Below the pieces are notes generated by a model. It saw only the letters and a program-made list of their open reading frames with translations. It was not told the origin of the DNA and made no database searches. From Azolla caroliniana (Eukaryota > Plantae > Polypodiophyta), in assembly GCA_043228905.1 (NCBI GenBank), contig JBHGNT010000001.1:14756001-14820000 (forward strand): a stretch of 64,000 nucleotides of DNA, given 5' to 3'. Position 1 is the first letter of the stretch. Each line of letters opens with the position of its first letter. The position numbers and the translations under genes were made by a program. Shown here in pieces: positions 13,836 through 27,201 of this stretch.

Positions 13836-14705
13836 ATGGAAAACACTCGTAAAGCTGCCGCAAAGTTTGGGAGTATGGTTGATAATGAGCCGAGATCACC
13901 AACAAATCTTGATTCCAATGCAATGGACAAAATGCTTATGTGTCACTTGATTTCTCTTCAAGAAACCATAAACAAGCAAGCTGAAGAGATTAGGACGTTA
14001 ATAAAAGAGAATGTTAAGCTCCAAATTGTTGTCATTGAGAATGAAAGTCTTAAGCAAGTGGTTGCAAAACTTCAAGAAGAGATTCAAAAATGTAAAAGAG
14101 CTTCTTTTGAAACAAATTAGCACCTTAACAAGATTGAGTTACAAGAAGCATTAAGTGATGAAAAATTGGACATGATGAGGCGGGATGTAAGTGAGATGAA
14201 AAATGTATTTACAACGAAGTCATGAGCTGATGTATGTGGTGGGGATGTGGTATCAAACTCAGCTAATATGCATGTGATGCATCAAGAGAAGAATATAGAA
14301 AACATAGATGTCTGAGAATTAAAAGAACGTGAATGACGATCAAAGAACATTGTCGTCCGTGGGATTAAAGAAGAGAGTATGGAAACACCCGCATCCCTTC
14401 GAAAGGCCATTGGTGAATTTTTTAGCGTGCATTATGGGATGTTAGATGTGAATGTATATGGGGCACACCAAGCTGGGAAACATGGTGTTACTCGCTCCGG
14501 AGAAAGGCCTATTGTATGCACAATGACAGATGATACAAAGCGGCGGATCATACTCGAAAATAGTTGGGTATACCTCAAAGGTACGCAATGCTTTGTGAGT
14601 GAAGATTGCGCTATCTCACAACAAAATGCTCGTCGTAAAGCATATGAAGAAAGATTGAAAAATAAGGTTAAGGATGTGCCTAAAGATGAAAATGTAGCCA
14701 AATAG
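13836..14705 (+). pseudogene. LINE ORF1 (coiled-coil, probable RNA-binding protein), with in-frame stops
   Basis: ORFs 13836-14120 (heptad-like) and 14379-14705 share a frame; NIVVRGIKE and RPIVC..FVSED motifs are typical of LINE ORF1. Confidence 0.75.
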
Positions 14706-14711
14706 GGACAC

Positions 14712-17700
14712 ATGACCTATGAGACTAACCCACGCCTTTTACGACTATGCTTTTGGAATTGCAATAGATACCCATGGAATGTGGGATTTGCAATAGAGGA
14801 ATTCACCAATGACTCAGATATCACACTTCTTGTTGAAACATGGAAGCATGATACTCAAAGGATTCAAGGTTTAGGAAACTATAATTTACACTCTTTGATA
14901 TGGAAGAAAATTCCAAGACAAAGAAGAGGAGAAGGAGGGGTGGCATGTTTGATTAAGAAGGAAATAGAGAAATATATGTCAATCATAAAAAAATGATGAA
15001 CATAAATGCTACATATGGCTCAAAATAGAAACACCTAATAATTTGCTCACTTTTGTAGTTGGATGTTACATTCTTCATCAAGATTAGATAACTTTTATGC
15101 TTGTTTGGATAAAGATCAACCTTTTTCCAATCTAGAAGATGATATTGCTTATTTCAAATCCAAAGGGGAAGTTATGGTCTTTGGTGACATGAATGCTTGT
15201 GCAAGAACTTTCCAACTTGATTCACAAGAATCTTTCATGCCACATATCTCAAGGATGCAAGAGGATATGCAAATGTATAGCCGCTCTTCTAGCAGAAGTT
15301 ACTCCTACAAATGTGCAATAGTACCGGATTGCTTATTGCAAATGGTATTTACTTATGGCCCAACACTAATGGTTTTTTACATGTAGAAAACACAGCAGAA
15401 ATAGTGTGATTGACTATGTGCTACTTTCCGAAGGTATTTTGGATCGTATACATAAACTCTCACTTGCTGAATGGACACCAGAATCCGATCATAGGCCTTT
15501 ATGTATTGATCTCAAATGTATGCATAGGTTTGATTGTGAGAAGGCTATTGAAGATAATAAACAACCGCACTTGAGCATGAACCTTCAGCGAGGACCCATG
15601 TATTCCAAGATGGTTGAGGGTATGTTACAAATGACAAAGATACAACATGGTGCCACACTACAATGCAAATGGGAAGCTTTCAAGAAAGTCATTCTCTCTT
15701 GTACAAACAAATGTTTTTTGACCAACCGCACATCTTCGAAATGCACCAAGAAACTTAGGAAAAAATGGTTTGATAAAGAATGTCGTCAAGCTCGAAAGTG
15801 CCTTATGGTTTTGGATGTAGTTATGGATAAAGAGAATTACCAAATACATTTGCATGAGTATAAAAGGCTTATTCAAAGAAAGAGAAGAATATAGGAAGTT
15901 ACTAAACAATTTATCCAAATGCAAGAGAAAGCATATGCATGTGCTAAATTTTGGGGAAATCTAAAGGGGAAATGTGTTAAGAGTTATGGTGACTTAACTC
16001 TTCATGACTTGTCGTTGCATTGTAAGAATTTATATGAGTTATCTCTTTCCGGAAAATTGATGTGGTATGGTTCTCTTTCACATATGCCTCTCTTCTATAC
16101 AATTGAAGATATATGCATAAGACTTAAGAAATTGGCCTCTCGAAAGGCAAGCAATCTTCGATGTATAAAGGCGGAAATGCTCAAATGGACGGGAAAGGAA
16201 GCACCTGTATGGATAAGCGATATGTTTAATGATGCATTGCAACATGGTATGTCGTACGATTGGACTACAAATTGGATCAAACCTTTGCATTAAGGTGAAG
16301 ATGTAAATAATGTAAACAACTATCGAACCATCATGGTTGGCTCATTAATGGCAAAACTGTTTGGATGTATAATGGAATGAAAGATAAGTGTATGGGCTAA
16401 AAAAAATGGTAAGAGATCTTATGGACAAGCTGGCTTTCGAAAACACCATAACACCATTGATCACCTTATCACCCTTCAAGTATTAATGGAGGAAAGTCAA
16501 TTTAGAGGAAAAGGTTTATATTGTTGCTTTGTAGACTTCAAGAAAGCTTTCGATATGGTGCCTCGTAGGCATCTTTGGAGGTGAATGGAAGAACTTGCCG
16601 TGGCAAGGGAATATATGTTTGCAATTTCCCGAATTTATGAGAAGGTTATATTTTTTCTACGCATGAGAGATAAACATTCAGTTTTTTTTCAAAAGCACTA
16701 TTGGTCTTAAGCAAGGATGTCCACCAACACTATTTGGTTTATGCATTAATTATTTGGAAGAAATGGTTACCAAGTTTGCAAACGAAGAATGTGTTGAAGA
16801 AGTTGTCATTGGGAATGTTGTGATTATGCTTTTGGTATATGCAGATGATGTTGTGCTTTTTGCAAATACTTTAGGAAATGCACAAAAGCTTATGAAGGCA
16901 TTGGAAATTTTTTGCATCCATATTAAATTAAGTGTCAATAGCTCTAAAACAAAGATTATGCTTGTGAAGAGCCAAAATAGATATAAACCATGCATTATAT
17001 ACAACAATGAGCTACTTGAATGTGTGGAAAGCTTCAAATATCTTGGCCTTGAAGTTCCTTCAAATCATAGATGGAATGAATGTGCGAGACGCCGCTTAGA
17101 GGCGGGTAAGCGAGCATACTATGCATTTGAGAACACATGCAATCTTGGAGATATTAAGTGTTGGGTCCTCAAGAAATATCTTCTGGACACTTTGGTGACA
17201 CCGGTTCTTCTCTATGGGGTGGAAGTATGGGGCGGTAGCATCCCTAAATCTATATGGAAAGAGTTTGAAAATGTCCAAAAACATTTTCTTACAAAGTTTG
17301 TACAAGCTAATAAACAAACGCCCTACACCCTCCTCCTCCTTGAGACGGGATCGCTTCCCATTGAGATCATGGCCATGGAAAGGGTTGTTGAATACATGCT
17401 TAAGGTTCAAAAAAGTCCCTCACATCAACTTCTTGGAATTGTGTGGGAAGCAAGCAAAAAGATCCAAAAGACGCATAAAAGAAAAATTTTGTGTTCCAGT
17501 TGGATGCAAGATATAGAAAAATGGTTTGGTAGATGGGATGTGAGACACTTGTTTCATGATGCATCATTAGATTCCTCTGTAAATGAGGACATTTTGCAAC
17601 GCCCATGTATCATGACATGGGACAAATGTGGAGACTCACGCTTCACACATTATACTACACATGTTGCACCTAACTACAGAACCATATTCTTTGCAGAACG

Positions 17701-18052
17701 GGGACATTGTACACATCGATACATGTTAGAGCCCATACCGTTATCTGCCATTCGAACCATGTGACTTAGCTCACATGCATTGTGATTTGAGACAGGGCAA
17801 TGGGGTACAAGTGATGAAAGTGGTTGGCTATGCACACTTTGCACTAAACAAGTTTGCGAGTCTCAGTATCGCACTTGGATACAATGCTCTGCCTTTGATC
17901 ATATTCAATCAAGCTTTCCGCATCTCTTTGACCGAGCCCCATCCTTCAATGAATTCCTCTCACAACTAGAATGTGCACTCTCGATTGCAACATTCATTGG
18001 TAAAGTTCTTGAACATCGAGAGTCACTACTCACTTTCACACGTATCACGTGA
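14712..18052 (+). pseudogene. LINE ORF2 (APE endonuclease-RT-Cys/His), disrupted
   Basis: FWNC, VETW, GDMNA, IDYVL, SDHRPL, QAGFR, VDFKKAFD, YADD, FKYLG; several stops and frameshifts. Confidence 0.92.
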
Positions 18053-18191
18053 AATGTAATATTTTTGGTCTCATAGGTCATATTTGACCTCTGACGACGA
18101 TAATATAATCTCTCTCTCTCTCTCTCTATGCATGTCTTACGTGCACACACAGTCAACTTTTGTTGCACTAAATCTCTCTCGATTCTTTACA

Positions 18192-18870
18192 TCTACCAAC
18201 TCATCTTTCGACTCAGATACATGTGCATTAGCTTGTTGTTGTGTGTCAGTCGACTCAGATTCGGGTTCATCAGTCGGTTGTTGTCTTCCGACTGGTTGTG
18301 TGGAACGGGGATCGACTAGTGTCGACTCCATAACAGTAGTCGATTGGGAAGACAACATTGGTTTTTGTTGTCTCTAGTTTTCAATCTTCTTGGCTTCCAT
18401 GAATAAAACATCATTGCTCCTTACCACCTTCTTATCAAGAAGATCCCACATTCTGTACCGGAACTCATCTTTCGAGTTCCTCAAGAATATGCAAGGCTTG
18501 GACTTGTTGTCTAGCTTTGACCTCTGACCTTTAGCAAAATGCATATAAGCTAAGCATCCGAACACCCTTAAATGCTGGTAAGACACACTCCTTCCTATTC
18601 ACACCCTCTATGGGACATCCCCCCTCAGAGGCACTGAGGGAGACCTGTTTATAAGGTACAAACAATCGTCAACATTGCCTCAGCCAAATACGACCTCAGC
18701 AATTTTATATGTGACAACATGCTTCTTACCCTTTCCATTATGGTCCGATTCATTCTCTCTACTAGACCATTAAGCTTAGGTGTCTTCGGCACCATATACT
18801 CAAGTTTGATGCCTTGAGTCTTACAATATAGCTCAAATTGACCTCTGTACTCGCCATCGTTGTCTGTTCG
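18192..18870 (-). mobile_element. Copia (Tork-like) integrase fragment
   Basis: RTDNDGEY...PKTPKLNGLVERMNRTIMER and HLRVFGCLAY. Confidence 0.88.
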
Positions 18871-21800
18871 TGACGAGAAATATGCAGAATAATCTCCGGC
18901 CCCAACCGAAGCGTAGATCACTTGATGACAATCAAAACACAGAAGAAATGGGAATGGAGGTAAGTACACAAACAGAAAGAGAATACACAGGATGTTAATG
19001 TGGAAAACCTTGAGAGGGCAAAAACCACGGGAGTCCACAGACTCCAAACTATCACTATGTAAAGGAGTACAACAGGGAGCACAGAGGCAACGACCTCTTG
19101 CTCATGATCTTCGCCTGACGGACGTTACAACAGAGACATGCTCTGTATCTCTCTCTCTCTCTCTCTCTGTACACTCGTTACACCAATAATACTATACGAA
19201 GATAATAACAGCAACTCCTATACACTGTTTGCCCTAGGTCACATTTATACAAATATGACATTAGGACTATTTACAGATATAGTCCCAATGGGCTCTCAGA
19301 AACATATCTACATATATGTCCCTTCATCCGGGGACAGGTTCTCACCGGGCCTTCATCATCCGGTTCTCACCAGGTCTTCCTTGTCGGGTACTCCACATCC
19401 GGTTCTCATTGGGTCTTCCATTGCCAGGTACTCCACATCCGGTTGTCATCGGGTCTTCCGATGCCTAGCCTTCGTATCCCGTCCGGAGGAACCGAGATCC
19501 TAACAAACTCCCCCTTCACTCCGGCATGGGATGCCTCGTCAATCCGATCCGCTTCTGGCATACGTCTAGCTTGCCGGGCGTCAACACCTTCGTCAGCATA
19601 TCCGACCCGTTCTCCTCCGTGTGGATCTTCGTCAGCACGAACTCTCGGTCTTCTACTCGCTCCCGAATCCACTGGTACCTCCGCTGGATGTGCTTCGTCC
19701 TGCAATGATACGTTGCGTTCTTCGCAAGGTGGATGGCACTTTGACTGTCGCAATAGAGCCGGTATTCCTCTTGCCGGATCCCTAGCTCTTCGATGAAGTC
19801 CTTCATCCATAGTATTTCCTTGTTGGCTTCCACAACCACCATGTACTCCTCTTCCGTGGTTGACAATGCAACCGTCTTCTGTAGCCACGATTGCCACGAA
19901 ATAGCTCCCCCCTCATATGTCATGACATATCTGGATGTTGACCGGCTGGTATCCGCATCAACCAACATATCTGAATCAGTGAAACCGTCAAGTTGGGGTT
20001 TACCGGAGCCGAATTGGAGACACATACTTGAGGTTCCTTTCAAGTATCCGAGTATCCATTTGACCGCATTCCAGTGCTGCTTGCTGGGATTGCTCATAAA
20101 CCGACTCACCACTCCGACTGTGTATCGGATATCCGGTCGGGTGCACACCATTGCATACATTAGGCTCCCGACGGTAGAGGCATATGGTATCTGTAAAAAG
20201 TAGCGTGCGGAAGTAGGTATGAAGACAGAACAGAGGAAGGAAACACAGGTTCAATGGAGAGCTTGGGCTTACACGGTATACGCGGGAGAGACAGAGAGAG
20301 TAGACAGAAAAAACTATATTTCACAATAATACTCAAGTCTGTACATAAGACGTGCTCAGTGAGCACTTTTATACAAGTCCTAGAAGGACTGACCGAAGTA
20401 CTGACAGTACTTCAATGCTCATCAAGAGCTCCTACACTAACTCCCAAATATATTCCTCACGGAATATCTTTCCTAACGACCTCCCGGTTTACGCACTCGG
20501 CCTAACCGATCGGTCCCAACCGATCCGGTCCTCGGCTTCTTCAGCCGATCCGGCCGATGTTGAGCTTGTCTCTCAACACTCCCCCTCAAGCTCAACTTGA
20601 GGCTCTTCGGGATCTTCACAGCACCGGTTCCTCTTGGCTTCTCGCCTCGCTCGCACTCCTCGACCTGTTCGACTCCGCGCGCTTCGACCCTTCTGGTCGG
20701 CTTGTCTGCTCATGTGGCCCTCATCAGCTCTTCTGTTGTTGCGATGTTGACGCTTCTTCTGCTGCCTTTTCTTCCGCTTGGGCCTCGGTTGATTCAGCCT
20801 GTCTAAATCAAACATCCGAACCGACTCGGCTACTTCCGATCGGTTTTCGCTCTCGTTCGAGTTGGATGTCTCCAACTCGTCTTCGGTCTTCTCGCCCTCG
20901 ATGGCGTCATCCTCCTCATGCGTGGTTGGCTTTGGCTCTTTCCTTTGGCTGCTCCCCTTCTGTCCGCTTTCAGAATTTTCCGTGGGTCCACCCTCGGCTT
21001 CTTCAGCCGATCCGAAGTCGCCCTCGGCTTCTTCAGCCGATCCGTCTTCAACCGAGTCAACAAACGAGTCAACCGACTCGGTGTCATGGTCACCGCTACT
21101 GTCCTGCTGCCTTGCTTGGTCGTTCGGGACTGTTCTCCCCCTCAAGTTCGGCATGTCAAGGTGACGCAACCCGAGCGCACCCGAGAATTGCCGCAACTTG
21201 TCCAGACCAAGAGGCTTGGTGAAGATGTCGGCAGCCTGCCGATCCGTCGGAACGTACTGAAGTTCGACTTCACCGGAAAGGACACGCTCACGGACGAAGT
21301 GGTAGTGCACCTCAATGTGATTGGTCCGTGCGTGGGAAACGGGGTTTTTCGCGAGTTAGATGCTGCTGAGGTTGTCGCAGTAGATCATCGCCGGATCTGA
21401 CACCTCCTCTTGCAGGTCCTTAAGTAGCCGCTTCAACCATATGGCTTCGCATGTCGCGACAGCCGCTCCTCGGTACTCAGCTTCGGTGCTCGACAGTGCA
21501 ATTGTCGGCTGCTTCTTACTGCTCCACGCGATCGCGGCACTCCCGAGGGAGAACGCGTATCCAGACATGGATCGGCGATCGGCGGCGTTGCCAGCCCAAT
21601 CAACATCGGTGTAGCCAACTAACTGCGTGGCTGCACCGGTCCGATATAGCAGTCCGCGGTCCTTAGTTCCGTTGACATACCGAAGTATGCGTTGCGCACA
21701 CTGAAGGTGCTCCTCGGTAGGTCACACCATGAACTGACTGATCACTCCGACCGGATAACTGAGGTCGGGTCGGGTGATGGTCAAGTATATGAGGCTTCCG

Positions 21801-24800
21801 ACAATTTGTTGGAACCTCGTCGGGTCACAGACCTTTCCCGTATCGGGACGAAGCTTGATGGTTCTGTCCAGAGGAGTCGAGACGGACTTACAGTCGGCCA
21901 TCCCGAATTTGAAGAGCATACTCAGCATGTAATGACGTTGGCTGATCAATATGCCTTCGGGGGTACGGATCACTTCGATCCCGAGGAAGTAATGAAGGTC
22001 CCCCAGATCCTTCATGTCGAACGATGCCGCAATCTAGAGCTTCACGCGGTCGATTTCACCTAGGTCAGCGTCGGTGATGACCAAGTCATCAACATATAGT
22101 AGAATACTAACCGGTCTGAGTCGACCTTTCCGGATGAACAGGGAAGAGTCCGATTTTGATGTGACGAAGCCCATCCAACGCAATTGTTGTGTGATCTTCG
22201 CGTTCCAGGCACGCGGGGCTTGCTTCAGTCCGTAAAGGGACTTCTTCAGTCGGCATACTGCTGAGGAGTTTGTTCTAGAGTGAAATCCGGGGGGCTGTAC
22301 CATGTACACCTGTTCCTCAAGGTCACCTTGCAGGAACGCATTCTTTACATCCATTTGATGTAGGTGCCACCCCTTCACTGCAGCTACATCGAGCAAAACA
22401 CGGACGATCATCATTTTCGCGACCGGCGCAAACGTCTCATCGTAGTCGATGTCGTGCTTCTGCGCGTAGCCCTTTTTGCCACTAGCCGATCCTTGTACCG
22501 GTTGACCGAGCCATCGGTGTTGTACTTGACTTTGTACACCCATCTACACCCGATCGGCTTCACACCCTTCGGTGCGTCAACCAGGTCCCAGGTCTCATTC
22601 TCCGCCAATGCGTGCATCTCTTCCTCCATCGCGGCACGCCAATTTGCGTCTTCCGCCGCGTCTACGTAGCTCTCCGGCTCACGCACTTCCGCTACACGGG
22701 TCATGTACGCATAATGATGCGCCATGTACTCGTTGTATCCGAACCACACAACTGGGTTCTTCTAGCGGGTAGATCGGCGTAATCTCACATTAGCCGATGT
22801 CGAGGCCTTCTCGGTCGACGCGGTCTTCATCTTCAAAGACCGGTCACCGGTTCCCTCGGAGTCGGACTCGCGTCGGTCTGACTCGTTCCTTTCCGTGCCA
22901 GAATCCGACACCTTCTTCTTCCCTTTCTCTTTGCGCGTAAGCCGTCTCCTCGGCTTCCTGCGCGGGGAATGCACGGCCGAGTGTCCACTACTCGCCGGCT
23001 CTTCATCGGACTGGTCGTATCGACTCAGTCGTCCAATCGGTCCACTTAACTGGAGTGAAATCAGACTCTCTTCGCAGGTCTCGATTTCGGGCTCATCCGG
23101 AGGCATCTCGGCCTCGCTGACCTTATCGTCAGAGCTCGGATTGGAGTTGAGGTTCGTAGTCGGGGGCAGGTACCAAGACGCGGACTCGTCAACCACAACG
23201 TCGCGGCTGACACGCGCTTGTTTGGTGCGAGGGTTATAGCACTTATAACCCTTCTGCTCGTCCGAGTAACTGACCAAGATGCATTTCTCGGCCTTTGCGT
23301 CCAGCTTCCTCCTTCTCTCCTTCGGTATATGCACATACGCAATGCTACTGAACACCCTCAAGTGTCGCAAGTTCGGCTTCGTTCTGAAATATAGCTCGTG
23401 CGCCGACACTTTGTCTCCAATCCGGTTTTGGATGTATACCGCGGTCCTTACCACCTCGGCCCAATAGAACTTGGGCAAGCTCTTCTCCTCCAACATTGCC
23501 CGTGCTACTTCCACAACTGACCGATTCTTCCTCTCGGCCACGCCGTTCTGTTCTGGCGTGTATCTACAACTGAATTCGCGCCGAATTCCCATTTGTTGTA
23601 GATAACCGTTGAATTGACCGGAAAAGTACTCTTTCCCGCCATCTGACCGCAGGCACTTGATCTTTCGTCCTGTTTCCGTTTCCACGAACCCTTTGAGGTC
23701 CTGGAAACAGTCGAAGACTTCGCTCTTCCTCTCAATGAGGTAGATCCACGTGTGCCGCGTGTCCCGCCAAGTCTAACGTTTTGTGCCGGCCCCCACACAT
23801 CCGAGTGTATAAGGTCGAGCTTGTTCCGGCTCCGGTTTCTCTCATTGGGGAAAGGAAGTCGGTGTTGCTTCCCGAGCTAGCAGGATTCACAAATTTGTGC
23901 CTTTCGGCCACTAAATTTGTGCCTTTCAGCCGTTTGGAACGCTCCGAACTTCGACGCCAAACCTTCGAGACAGATTTGGACCATCTCGCTCTCCTCGATG
24001 TTCACCTCTATGGAGGCAAGGGAGTCGTAGATAACCTTGATCTTCGAGGTATAGTCCGCCACCGACAAGTCGCGTTGTCGTAGGTTGCTCAACTCCTGTC
24101 GGAGCTGAAGCTTCCTGGCTATGGTGCTCGCGGCGAAACTCTTCTTCAGATTTTCCCATGAACCCTTCAGCATCTTTGCATCCCGAACATAGCTCAATAG
24201 TTGTTCGCCCACACACGACGCGAAGCAGTATAGTACCCTGCTCGATGATTGCTCCCATGACGGGAAGTCTCTGTGTGTCGATTCGGGTGCCGTGTCATTA
24301 GCTCCTTCGACATAACTCCAGTAGCCATGCCCGAGCAGGTACTGGTGCATCTTGTAGAACCAAGACGCGTAGTTGGTTCTATCGAGCTTCTCTGTTGGAA
24401 GCGAGCTCGCCATGCCTCTATCCATCGTTCTTCTTGTTCTTCTTCGTCAAGCTGTGTCGGCTGCAGAGAGGTTCTCAACCCTCGCGCTCTGATACCATGT
24501 AAAAAGTAGCGTGCGGAAGCAGGTATGAAGACAGAACAGAGGAAGGAAACATAGGTTCAATGGAGAGCTTGGGCTTACACGGTATACGCGAGAGAGACAG
24601 AGAGAGTAGACACAAAAAACTATATTTCACAATAATACTCAAGTCTGTACATAAGACGTGCTCAGTGAGCACTTTTATACAAGTCCTAGAAGGACTGACC
24701 GAAGTACTGACAGTACTTCAATGCTCATCAAGAGCTCCTACACTAACTCCCAAATATATTCCTCACGGAATATCTTTCCTAACGACTTCCCGGTTTACGC

Positions 24801-27201
24801 ACTCGGCCTAACCGATCGGTCCCAACCGATCCGGTCCTCGGCCTCTTCAGCCGATCCGGCTGATGTTGAGCTTGTCTCTCAACAGTATCTTCATCATATC
24901 CGCCTTCTCTGCCTTCATCTTCGGGCTTTGCTTACCAGATAACCTGTAGTTTGCGGGAAGTGTCGATCCGACCGGTTTCGTATCTGACATGTTGAACCGC
25001 TGAAGCACCTTTGTCACATACTTCTCCCGTGCCAACCACAATTGCTTCGTTGGCCGGTCCCGGATTATATGCATCCCCAACATCTATCTTGCCGAACCCA
25101 AGTCTTTCATTGACAAGGTCCGGTTCAGGGCCTTCTTCAGCATCTGTATGTTGACTTGGTCTCGCCCGACGATCAACATGTCGTCCACGTACAGGAGTAT
25201 CAGGAAGTCTCCACCTTCGAACTTCTTCACAAATACGCAGTGATCGGCCTGCGTCTTGTGGTACCCTTGATCGGTCATGAGGGAGTCGAACTTCCGGTAC
25301 CATTGCCGAGGAGCCTGCTTCAACCCATAGAGGCTCCTTCCCTTTCTTCACGAATCCCTCCAGTTGCTGCATGTAGATCTCCTCTTCGAGGTCGCTGTGG
25401 AGGAACGTTGTCTTCACATCTAACTGCTCTACCTCGAGGTCCATGCTTGCCGCTATTCTCATCACTATCTGCATGGAAGTCATCTTTACTACTGGGGCAA
25501 ATATCTCGTCGAAGTCCACGCCCTTCTTCTGCTTGAACCCCTTCACCACGATCCTGGCTTTGTACCTTGGAGGGTTGCCGGCATCTCCCGGTTTCCACTT
25601 GTACACCCACTTGTTTCGGAGTGCCTTGTTTCCTTTCGGCAACTCCACCAATTTATACGTGTGGTTCTCATGCAAGGAATCCATCTCGTCCTGCATGGCA
25701 CTCAACCACTTGCGGTTATGGGTGTTATCCTTCTCTTCTTCGAAGCTTTCCGGCTCCCCCTCATCGGTCAGCAGCACATGCTCTGCATCATAAAATCTCC
25801 GGGGGGGCCTTCTCTCTCTGATAGGATATCTCAGTCTTTGGCTTTCGACAACCGGCTCCTCTATTTGTTCTTCATCCGAATCCAATTCGGGGTCTTTGCC
25901 AGTTCCAGTTTCACCTTCCTCTACTTCTTCTTCTGCTGGTTCGGTATCCTCACCGTAACCGGCTGGTTCCTCGAGTGTCAACCGACTCGTTGCTGGGTGG
26001 ATCCGAATCTCATCGGAGTTCATTATCTTCTTCTCCGACTCCCAGTCGGCAAGAGTCTTGTCCTCCATGAAGATAATATCTCAGCTCCGGAAAACCTTCT
26101 TGTCAACCGGATCCCACACTCAGTAGCCGAACTCATCATTGCCGTATTCGAGGAATATGCATGGCCGGGTCTTTGGATCAAAATTTCCACTCCGGTCCTT
26201 AGCAGCAAGCATGTACGCGAGACACTCAAACACCTTCACATTCCAGTACGACACTTCCTTACCGGTCCACACCTTTTGCAGCGTGTCTCCATCCAAGGGC
26301 AATGAGGGTGATCTGTTTATCACATACATCGTTGTCGACAGGGCCTCAGCCCAAAACGTCTTGGGTAGTTTAGCATGTGCTAGCATACTCCGGACCCTCT
26401 CCATTATGGTCCGGTTCATCCTCTCGGCTAGCCCGTTTCGTTTCGGCGTCTTCAACACGGTAAATTCGATCCGGCTTCCCTTCGAGCGGTAGTACTCCTC
26501 GAACTACCCCCGGTATTCTCCTCCGTTATCTGCTCGAACCGCCTTCAGCTTCCGTTCGGTTTCTCTTTCCACTCTTGCGTGGAGCTCCTTGAAGACGGAT
26601 AACACCTGATCCTTCATGTTCAACGGTGTGGCCGATAGCCTCTTGTTGTGGTCATCTATGAACATCACGAAGTACTACGCTCTGGCATGGGACTTTGTGT
26701 CCACTTGACACACATCGGTATGTACCAACTCCAATGGTGCATTACGTCTCATCAGTGTCCTTGATCGGAAGGAGGTCTTGTTTTGCTTACCGACTAGGCA
26801 GTCAGTGCACCTCTTAAGATGCACGTTCTTCACCGGAATGAGGTTGTCATCGGCAAGCGTCTTCATCCCCTTCACGCTCATGTGACATAGTCTCTTGTGC
26901 CACAGCTCACCGGTAGTGTCGGAGGCCATGTTCACTTCTTTCGGGAATAACCGGGCATTCATCAAGTATACAACGTGTTGACTTTTCGGGCCCGAGCCAC
27001 TATCAGGCTCCCTTTGCTGAATTTCATGACTCCGTTCCGGATGCTACTCGTGTAGCCTTCATCATCTAGCTGACCGGCTGATATCAGGTTTTGGACAGCC
27101 TTCAGCAGCAGCTTGCATCCGGTTGGTGTTGTCAACCACACGTCTCCTATGTCGACAATTTGACATGTACCTTCGTTCTGGATGTGGCATCCGACATTGC
27201 C
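18871..27201 (-). mobile_element. Copia B (Tork-like): integrase-RT-RNase H, PPT and 3' LTR (18871-19505); 5'-truncated; interrupted by Copia C
   Basis: ELWHKRLCH, NGLAERMNRT, YVDDML, RTKHI; the PPT GAAGGGGGAG precedes TGTTAGG at 19505; the LTR carries roughly 40-bp tandem repeats (19335-19460). Confidence 0.92.
20192..24884 (-). mobile_element. Copia C, two-LTR element with an internal gag/protease deletion
   Basis: LTRs 20192-20578 and 24498-24884 (TG...CA, about 7 differences by eye); 5-bp TSD GTATC; tRNA-iMet PBS TGGTATCAGAGC at 24486-24497; PPT at 20579-20590; gag, IN, RT (YVDD) and RH fragments. Confidence 0.96.

Larger units (their letters stand above)
13813..18127 (+). mobile_element. 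Near full-length LINE copy 2 with a 3' stem-loop and (TC)n tail
   Basis: ORF1 and ORF2 are separated by 6 nt. A 3' hairpin TCATAGGTCA-tatt-TGACCTCTGA (18071-18094) precedes (TC)n at 18109-18127. No poly(A). Confidence 0.92.
13400..18191. mobile_element. Probable old solo LTR split by the LINE insertion
   Basis: Non-coding TC-rich flanks (13400-13812 and 18128-18191) with inverted-like termini cATAAAGA...TCTTTACA interrupt a Copia. No convincing TSD. Confidence 0.4.

Noticed and set aside
20557-21222. Long antisense ORFs over Copia pol (also 25661-26305, 27788-28432, 46409-47104)
   Set aside because: Shadow ORFs of GC-rich retroelement coding sequence.
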